DNA from: Candidatus Methylomirabilales bacterium
Lineage (GTDB): Bacteria > Methylomirabilota > Methylomirabilia > Methylomirabilales > CSP1-5
Assembly (NCBI GenBank): GCA_046758505.1
Contig: JBHIAH010000075.1
Span: 1 to 13,453 of the forward strand
DNA length: 13,453 bases
Reading direction: 5' to 3'
The position numbers and the translations under genes are program-made. Of this stretch, positions 7,926 to 13,453 are shown one piece after another. The notes under the pieces were generated by a model. It had not been told where the DNA came from. It was given only the letters and a program-made list of their open reading frames with translations, and did not search any database. Each line of letters begins with the position of its first letter. The first letter of the stretch is position 1.

Positions 7926-8930
7926 TCAGGGGTTCGTATAGATATCCTCATACAGATCGGTCAGCGGGGGCTCGGGGCTTTCTTCGGCGAACCGGACCGC
8001 CTCGAGAACCAGCTCATCGGTCTCCCGCTCGATCTGCTCCAGTTCCTGCGGGCTCAAGAATCCCGCCTCGTCCAGCTTCTGCCGGAAGAAGATGATGGGA
8101 TCCCGCTGCCTCCACTCCTCCACCTCGCTCTTATCCCGGTACAGGATTGGATCGGCCATGGAGTGCCCCCGGAACCGATAGGTCAGCACCTCGAGGAAAT
8201 AGGGGCCATCGCCCCGTCGGGCGTGCCCCACCGCCTTGACCGCCGCGTCCCGCACCGCCAGGATATCCATTCCGTCCACCTGCTCGGCCGGGATGTCGTA
8301 TGCGGCCGCCTTCCGGATCATCTCGGTGACCGCCGAGGCCCGATGAACCGCCGTTCCCATCCCAAACAGATTATTTTCACAGAGAAAGACCACGGGCACC
8401 TTCCACAGTTTCGCCATGTTCAAGGCCTCGTGGAAATACCCGTTGTTGGTCGCCCCATCGCCAAAGACACAGAGGATCACTTGATTCTTTCCCAGGCTGT
8501 TGCTCGCCAAACCCAGCCCCACCGCCAAGGGAAGATGCCCGGCCACGATCGCCCAGCCCCCGTACATGCCCACGGAGGCATCAAAGAAGTGCATGGAGCC
8601 ACCGCGCCCCTTGGCCACGCCCGTGGCCTTGCCGAACAGCTCCGCCATGCAGCGATTGATATCCATGCCTCTCGCAATGGCATGGCCATGATCGCGATAG
8701 TGGGTCACGAGCAGATCGTGTTCGTCCAGAGCCGAGATCGCCCCGACCGCCACCGCTTCCTCGCCATTGTACAGGTGGAGGAAGCCCGCCACCTTGCCCC
8801 GGGCGTACAGCTCCCCCGCCTTATCCTCGAACTTCCGGATCAAGAGCATCTGATGGAGGAAGTTCAGGAGGCTCTTCTTGTCGAGGCCAGACCCCGCCAT
8901 TTTTGCTACCGTCTTCCCTCCCATCTTCAT
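7926..8930 (-). CDS. pdhA: Pyruvate dehydrogenase E1 alpha subunit
   Basis: Motifs GFLHLYNGEEA, YRDHGH, GRGGSMH, the TPP-binding GDGA...ENN and YRFRGHSMADP. The start could be 8930, 8924 or 8900. Confidence 0.93.
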   Translation of the reverse strand: MKMGGKTVAKMAGSGLDKKSLLNFLHQMLLIRKFEDKAGELYARGKVAGFLHLYNGEEAVAVGAISALDEHDLLVTHYRDHGHAIARGMDINRCMAELFGKATGVAKGRGGSMHFFDASVGMYGGWAIVAGHLPLAVGLGLASNSLGKNQVILCVFGDGATNNGYFHEALNMAKLWKVPVVFLCENNLFGMGTAVHRASAVTEMIRKAAAYDIPAEQVDGMDILAVRDAAVKAVGHARRGDGPYFLEVLTYRFRGHSMADPILYRDKSEVEEWRQRDPIIFFRQKLDEAGFLSPQELEQIERETDELVLEAVRFAEESPEPPLTDLYEDIYTNP

Positions 8931-8939
8931 TTCCCCTTT

Positions 8940-9055
8940 ATGGTTCGCCGCTCATGGTTCAGAGTTCATGGCCAACGGTTCATGGTGGATAGTTCATCCC
9001 TTGACACGGGTGTCAAGGGCTCGACGCTGAACCGTGAACCGTCATCCGTCGCTCC
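8940..9055. repeat. Heptamer array, central palindrome, inverted heptamer array
   Basis: Eight units of about ATGGTTC (8940-8995), palindrome CCCTTGACAC-GG-GTGTCAAGGG (8998-9019), then TGAACCG TGAACCG TCATCCG TCGCTCC (9028-9055). Confidence 0.8.
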
Positions 9056-9059
9056 TCCC

Positions 9060-10262
9060 TCAGGCTCCGAATTTGGCGAGACGGAGGGCGTGGGCCAGCA
9101 CGAGGGGGAGGATCTCCTTTCCCCGCAGATGCCCCAGACCTCCCTGAAGACATCCCCGCTCCGAAAACTCCTGCACCGCATCCGGGCGGCACCGGGCGGA
9201 AGAGAGCAACACAGGCACCGGATGCCAGCTGTGGGCCTTGAGCGCTGCGGGGGTGGAATGGTCCCCGGTGACCACCAGCACGTCGGGATGGAGCGCCGCC
9301 AGCGCTCGGATCTCGCGATCTACCTCTTCAATAACCGCGACCTTGGCCGAGAAATTCCCATCCTCCCCGGCGGAATCCGTCCGCTTCACGTGCAGGTAAA
9401 AGAAATCATACGCCTGCCAGTGCTGGCGCAGGACCTCAAATTCATCTCTCACGCTCGGCCCGGTGGCGAGCGCCTCCATCCCGGCCAGCTTCGCGAGCCC
9501 TCGGTACATCGGGTACACCGCAATGGCCGCCGGCCGGAGCTGGTAGAGTTCTTGGAAGGTGGGGAGGTTCGGATGCACGGCGAAGCCGCGAAGGAGGACC
9601 ATGTTGGCGGGGTGCCTGTCCTTCAGCAGGGACTGCGCCCGCTCGACGAAGGCATTCACAAATCTTGCAGTCCGTTCCGCCTCGGGCACTTTCGCCTCGA
9701 CCTTCCGCGGTACTTCACCCACCCGCTGCGGGTCGGATTCGGTGATCTGATCCGAAAGCCCGTCCCCCCGGAGCAAAACCACGAACCGGTGCTCCTTGAC
9801 CGGGCGGACGACCACCTCGATCCCCCTGAGCTCGATGGTGTCCAGCAGTCCCGAAAGCTCCACACAAAGCTCGGTGGAGAGCCGACCCGCCCGCCGGTCG
9901 GTAATCCTCCCCGTCTCGTCCACGGTGCAGAAGTTGCCCCGCGCGGCGACATCACGCGCCGTGAGCTCCAGGTCGATCCCCAACGCCTCGAGCACCCCCC
10001 GGCCGATCCGGTACTGCAGCGGATCGTAACCGAAAAGCGCCAGGTGTCCCGGACCGCTCCCCGGGGTGATCCCCGGGGCCACCGGGTCGGCCAGCCCCGT
10101 CACACCCTGCGCCGCCAGCGCATCGAGGTTCGGCGTTCGGGCCGCCTCGAGGGCGGTGGCGTCTCCCAGTTCCGGAGGGAGCCCTCCCAAGCCATCCAGG
10201 ACGAGGAGGACGATCTTCGTTTCAGCCGTGACCGCCAGACTCTTTAGGGTCTTGAGATCCAT
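9060..10262 (-). CDS. apgM: 2,3-bisphosphoglycerate-independent phosphoglycerate mutase, archaeal (ApgM) type
   Basis: Motifs LDGLGG, ARTPNLD, PGSGPGHL (phospho-Ser), GRGVLEALG, ARGNF, TGDHSTP and HSWHPVP. ATG 10262 follows GAAGGA. Confidence 0.9.
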   Translation of the reverse strand: MDLKTLKSLAVTAETKIVLLVLDGLGGLPPELGDATALEAARTPNLDALAAQGVTGLADPVAPGITPGSGPGHLALFGYDPLQYRIGRGVLEALGIDLELTARDVAARGNFCTVDETGRITDRRAGRLSTELCVELSGLLDTIELRGIEVVVRPVKEHRFVVLLRGDGLSDQITESDPQRVGEVPRKVEAKVPEAERTARFVNAFVERAQSLLKDRHPANMVLLRGFAVHPNLPTFQELYQLRPAAIAVYPMYRGLAKLAGMEALATGPSVRDEFEVLRQHWQAYDFFYLHVKRTDSAGEDGNFSAKVAVIEEVDREIRALAALHPDVLVVTGDHSTPAALKAHSWHPVPVLLSSARCRPDAVQEFSERGCLQGGLGHLRGKEILPLVLAHALRLAKFGA

Positions 10263-10280
10263 GTTGTGTCCTTCAAGGAG

Positions 10281-10348
10281 GTCCAAAGTCCCACGTCATT
10301 TCTCTGCTCCTCTCCCGCGGCATTGGACATTGGACTTGGGACATTGGA
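10281..10348. repeat. Two heptamer arrays in inverted orientation
   Basis: GTCCAAA GTCCCAC GTCATTT (10281-10301) and CATTGGA CATTGGA CTTGGGA CATTGGA (10321-10348). Confidence 0.8.
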
Positions 10349-10350
10349 CG

Positions 10351-10839
10351 TTACCGGTGGTACCGGGAGAGATCCTCCTGCAGTCGATGCAGGACCTCGG
10401 GCCGCTGCTGCGCCGCTTGCCGGACACTGAGGTTGAGCTTGCCCTTATCGTAGATGAAGCCATCCCGGGTGTAACATTCCAGCTCGTATTCTTTTCCCAG
10501 AAAGATCGCGTCCTCGGGGCAGGCCTCCTCACAGTACCCGCAGAAGATGCACCGGAACATGTGGATCATGTAGACCTTGGCGTATCGCTCGCCAGGCGAG
10601 TGGCGCTCCTGGTCGGTATTCTCTGCCGCCTCAATGTAGATGGCGTCCGCGGGGCAAGCCACGGCACAGAGCTCGCACCCCACGCAACGCTCGAGGCCGT
10701 CCTCATCGACCACCAGAAAGTGGCGCCCTCGGAAACGGGGAGCCACGGACAGGCGCTCCTCGGGATAGGGGACAGTCACCTCCTTCCGGAAGATGTGCTT
10801 GAAGGTGGTGAACATCCCCTTCATGATTGCCGTCACCAT
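10351..10839 (-). CDS. nuoI: NADH-quinone oxidoreductase subunit I
   Basis: VTVPYPEE and RFRGRH, two 4Fe-4S motifs CVGCELCAVACP and CIFCGYCEEACP, and SPGERYA. Confidence 0.95.
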   Translation of the reverse strand: MVTAIMKGMFTTFKHIFRKEVTVPYPEERLSVAPRFRGRHFLVVDEDGLERCVGCELCAVACPADAIYIEAAENTDQERHSPGERYAKVYMIHMFRCIFCGYCEEACPEDAIFLGKEYELECYTRDGFIYDKGKLNLSVRQAAQQRPEVLHRLQEDLSRYHR

Positions 10840-10845
10840 ACTCTT

Positions 10846-10880
10846 CTCAACTCTCGACTCTCAACCCTCAACACTGAGCC
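10846..10880. repeat. Heptamer tandem array
   Basis: CTCAACT CTCGACT CTCAACC CTCAACA CTGAGCC fills the nuoC-nuoI gap. Confidence 0.75.
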
Positions 10881-10882
10881 CG

Positions 10883-11398
10883 TCAGGGCTTATTCACTTC
10901 CCACCACCTCGGCATCTCCTCTACCGGATAATCCTTCCGCAACGGGTGGCCGTCCCAGTCCTCGGACATCAGGATCCGTCGGAGATCGGGATGTCCCGCG
11001 AACCGGACCCCGAACATATCAAAAACCTCCCGCTCGTGCCAGGCGGCGGTGGACCACACGCCGGTCACCGAGGGGACCTCCGCCCCCTCCGGCACCCGGA
11101 CCTTCAGGCGCAGCCGATCGGCGCGCGGGATCGAATCGAGGTGATACACCACCTCGAATCTCGGCTCCCGCTTCCCGAGCCAGTCCACACCACACAGATC
11201 GGCCAGGAAGTTATACCGGAGATCGGGATCCTCTTTCAAAAAGCGGCAGACGCGGACGAGCGCCTCTGGCTCGACCGTCATGGTGACCTCGTCCTTCCAC
11301 GCGGCCACGTCCACCGCTGTTCCCGGAAACGCCTCCTGCAAGCGACGTACCGCCGGATGCACCTCCGAGGGATTGCGCTGCTCCTCACCCAATTGCAT
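10883..11398 (-). CDS. nuoC: NADH-quinone oxidoreductase subunit C
   Basis: Motifs FLADLCGVDW, RFEVVYHL and WHEREVFDMFGVRFAGHPDLRRILM...GHPLRKDYP. Start is ATG 11398 or TTG 11392 (7 nt after GGAGG), overlapping the lipA 3' end. Confidence 0.93.
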   Translation of the reverse strand: MQLGEEQRNPSEVHPAVRRLQEAFPGTAVDVAAWKDEVTMTVEPEALVRVCRFLKEDPDLRYNFLADLCGVDWLGKREPRFEVVYHLDSIPRADRLRLKVRVPEGAEVPSVTGVWSTAAWHEREVFDMFGVRFAGHPDLRRILMSEDWDGHPLRKDYPVEEMPRWWEVNKP

Positions 11399-12323
11399 CC
11401 CTCCGAAGGAGGGGGACTCCACCCTCGATGGCTCGGGCCTGGTGCCCGGCATGATAGGAACTCCGAACCAGCGGTCCCGCCTCCACATGGGTGAATCCCA
11501 TCGCCTCGCCGGTCGCCTTGAGCTCCCGAAACTCGTCGGGGTGATAAAAGCGGTCAACCGGCAGATGATTCATGGTCGGCCGGAGGTACTGTCCCAAGGT
11601 GAGAATGTTGCAGCCGGTGGCTACCAGATCCCGCATGGTGGCCAGCAGCTCTTCCCGCTCCTCACCCAGCCCGAGCATGAGCCCGGACTTGGTGAGTAGG
11701 GAGGCGTCAAAGCGCTTGGCCCGCTCGAGGAGTGCGAGCGACCGCTCATACTTTGCCCCGGCCCGCGCTTGCCGGTACAGGCGGGGAACCGTCTCGGTAT
11801 TATGATTCAAGATGTCCGGCCGTGCCGCCACGACGTTCTCCAGCGCCCCCCAGTCTCCCTTGAAATCCGGGATCAGCACCTCCACCGTGCAGTCCGGCGA
11901 GCTCTTCCGAATTTCACGAACCGTGGCGCCAAAAATGGCGGCCCCCCCGTCGGGAAGATCGTCCCGATTCACGGAGGTGACCACGGCATGTTCCAGCCCC
12001 AGCACCCTGACCGCATGGGCCACCCGCTGTGGCTCCTCCCGATCCAGGCCGGTCGGCCGCCCGTGGGCGACCGCGCAGAACCCGCAGTGCCTCGTGCAGA
12101 TATCCCCCAGAATCATGAAGGTGGCGGTCAGATTGTCGAAGCACTCGCCGATGTTCGGGCAGCGGGCCTCCTCACAGACCGTGTGGAGATTCAGGGTCCG
12201 CAGGAGTCCCTTGACATGCATGAAGTTGTGGCCGCCGGGGGCGCGGACCTTCAGCCACTCCGGCTTCCGGGACACCTGGATGCCGCGGGATCCCACCGCG
12301 GGAAGGCTCTTTCCGCAGGGCAT
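11385..12323 (-). CDS. lipA: Lipoyl synthase
   Basis: KPEWLK, auxiliary cluster CEEARCPNIGEC, radical SAM motif CTRHCGFC, and RSSY. The likely start is ATG 12323, downstream of the predicted promoter. Confidence 0.97.
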   Translation of the reverse strand: MPCGKSLPAVGSRGIQVSRKPEWLKVRAPGGHNFMHVKGLLRTLNLHTVCEEARCPNIGECFDNLTATFMILGDICTRHCGFCAVAHGRPTGLDREEPQRVAHAVRVLGLEHAVVTSVNRDDLPDGGAAIFGATVREIRKSSPDCTVEVLIPDFKGDWGALENVVAARPDILNHNTETVPRLYRQARAGAKYERSLALLERAKRFDASLLTKSGLMLGLGEEREELLATMRDLVATGCNILTLGQYLRPTMNHLPVDRFYHPDEFRELKATGEAMGFTHVEAGPLVRSSYHAGHQARAIEGGVPLLRRDAIG

Positions 12324-12358
12324 AATCCCCCCGATGATATTCCCCAACGTTTCCCTTG

Positions 12359-12387
12359 AGTATACACGAGGGGTCTCCCTCCTCCAA
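12359..12387 (-). promoter_or_regulatory. Candidate sigma70 promoter of the lipA operon
   Basis: TTGGAG (12387-12382), 17 nt spacer, TATACT (12364-12359). The -10 ends 35 nt upstream of the lipA ATG. Confidence 0.6.
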
Positions 12388-12597
12388 CCCTCTTCCTTCA
12401 TGCAACGTTTCTGTCACACCTTCACCACCCCAGGGGGAAAGTCGGGCGCCTCCTGCTCACCCCATCGGCCCACCACTCCGCCGGGGCCAAGCCACGCTCA
12501 GGGTTAAATCTGCTCTTGACTCATCCCACCCCAGCGACTCCCCTACCTCCTCGCTGCGGTTCACGCATCCCATTATCTCTCCACTCCACGATGGGGC

Positions 12598-12632
12598 TTG
12601 ACAGATCTGTATTGAACGTGCATACTCATGCA
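12598..12632 (+). promoter_or_regulatory. vapBC promoter with overlapping palindromes (probable autoregulatory operator)
   Basis: TTGACA (12598-12603), 17 nt spacer, CATACT (12621-12626). Palindromes ACAGATCTGT (12601-12610) and TGCAT-ACTC-ATGCA (12619-12632). Confidence 0.65.
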
Positions 12633-12633
12633 T

Positions 12634-12834
12634 ATGAGGACGACGCTCAACATCGATGACTCCATGCTGCGCCGGGCCGCCAAGCTCACCGGCATCAAGG
12701 AAAAGACCGCCCTGGTGCATCTCGGCCTCGAGGCCCTCATCGCGCGCGAGAGTGCCCGTCGCCTGGCCCAGCTCGGGGGGAGCGAGAAGGGGCTTCTGCC
12801 GGTTCGGCGGCGGCGATCACGCAACACGGCATGA
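12634..12834 (+). CDS. vapB: Type II antitoxin, VapB family (ribbon-helix-helix-like)
   Basis: MRTTLNIDD...AAKLTGIKEKTALV..GLEALIARESARRLAQLGGSE, with an ATGA overlap onto a PIN-domain gene. Confidence 0.9.
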   Translation: MRTTLNIDDSMLRRAAKLTGIKEKTALVHLGLEALIARESARRLAQLGGSEKGLLPVRRRRSRNTA

Positions 12835-13187
12835 CCCTCGTCGACACCTCGGTGTGGGTCCATCACCTCCGCACGAGCAGTGCACGCCTTGCCGCGCTCC
12901 TGCGAGACGAACAGGTCCTCTCCCACCCTTTCGTGGTCGGTGCGTTGGCGTGTGGCAACCTCCAAAACCGCGACGAGATTCTGACCCTGTTGGCCGCATT
13001 GCCGGAAGCACGCGTCGCGGAGCACCATGAAGTTCTGCATCTCGTCGAGGGCGCGCGACTCTATGGCCGCGGGCTTGGATGGATCGATGCGCATCTGCTC
13101 GCCTCGGCCCTCATCAGCCGAAGTGGTCTCTGGACACTCGACAAACCACTCCAGTGCGCAGCGGCGACTCTGAGGATACCCGTCTAA
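12831..13187 (+). CDS. vapC: PIN-domain toxin, VapC family (possibly inactive)
   Basis: LVDTSVW (D5), GLGWIDAHLL (D86) and LWTLDK (D104). The expected Glu in HPFVVG[E]LACG is Ala38. Confidence 0.9.
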   Translation: MTLVDTSVWVHHLRTSSARLAALLRDEQVLSHPFVVGALACGNLQNRDEILTLLAALPEARVAEHHEVLHLVEGARLYGRGLGWIDAHLLASALISRSGLWTLDKPLQCAAATLRIPV

Positions 13188-13262
13188 CTCTGGATCGACA
13201 GACAACTACCCTCCCCCCCATCGAGCGCGAGCACAATTAAGGTATGCCAGCCGGCTCTGACC

Positions 13263-13292
13263 TTGACCCGGGGTGATGGCGAGGGGTAGAAT
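13263..13292 (+). promoter_or_regulatory. Candidate sigma70 promoter of the J-domain gene
   Basis: TTGACC (13263-13268), 18 nt spacer, TAGAAT (13287-13292). Confidence 0.6.
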
Positions 13293-13320
13293 GGCAAATA
13301 CTATGGCCTGGAGAGACGCG

Positions 13321-13453
13321 GTGACAAAGGATTACTACCGGGTCCTGGGGGTCTCGCCCGAGACCACGCCCGATGACATCAAGCGGGCCTACCGCCGGCT
13401 CGCCCTCGAGCACCACCCCGACCGCAACCGGGGCAATCGGCAGGCGGAGGAAC
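13321..13453 (+). CDS. J-domain (DnaJ-family) protein, 5' part only
   Basis: GTG after GGAG gives [44 protein letters not shown] with the HPD motif. An in-frame ATG at 13303 is an alternative start. The DnaJ class cannot be determined from this fragment. Confidence 0.9.
   Translation, partial: MTKDYYRVLGVSPETTPDDIKRAYRRLALEHHPDRNRGNRQAEE

Noticed and set aside
7908..7928. pdhA TGA in frame with pdhB (readthrough or selenocysteine fusion)
   Set aside because: Same frame is a one-in-three coincidence. pdhB has its own strong RBS and the position is not a catalytic Cys site.
7059..10247. 1062 aa plus-strand ORF spanning pdhB, pdhA and apgM
   Set aside because: The three real genes share one frame and this ORF is their codon-aligned antisense. 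Stops would need TTA/CTA/TCA sense codons, which are rare at high GC. No recognisable motifs.
8940..10880. Repeat arrays as CRISPR
   Set aside because: Units are 7 bp tandem with no spacers, and no cas genes are present.
12400..12417. sigma54-like or CRP-like site upstream of lipA (TGTGACAGAAACGTTGCA)
   Set aside because: It lacks the invariant -24 GG, and the second CRP half-site is absent at N6 spacing.
12573..13205. 210 aa minus-strand ORF over vapBC
   Set aside because: Antisense shadow of the TA pair.
12589..13223. 8 bp inverted repeat CGATGGGG / CCCCATCG flanking vapBC as mobile element ends
   Set aside because: Too short and GC-rich. A third copy occurs near 12460, and there is no target duplication or transposase.

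Overview
GC-rich bacterial window, almost all on the minus strand. (1) Operon lipA-nuoC-nuoI-apgM-pdhA-pdhB-pdhC-lpdA-lipB-TPR (12323->2945): a complete pyruvate/2-oxoacid dehydrogenase set with both lipoylation enzymes, plus an archaeal-type phosphoglycerate mutase and two isolated complex I subunits. It has a sigma70-like promoter and an intrinsic terminator. (2) A translationally coupled cassette of TatD-like (COG1099/EboB-like) hydrolase, AzlC, AzlD and an EamA transporter (2659->1, truncated). (3) On the plus strand, a vapBC toxin-antitoxin pair whose toxin lacks a conserved catalytic Glu, followed by the start of a J-domain gene. The main non-coding features are four different heptamer tandem arrays at operon junctions (two arranged as inverted blocks) and a ~175 nt highly self-complementary element between lpdA and lipB. 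Family calls rest on motif recognition only; no database search was run. I found no clearly new multi-gene system. The best leads are the structured element, the heptamer arrays, the orphan nuoC/nuoI pair and the hydrolase-exporter cassette.
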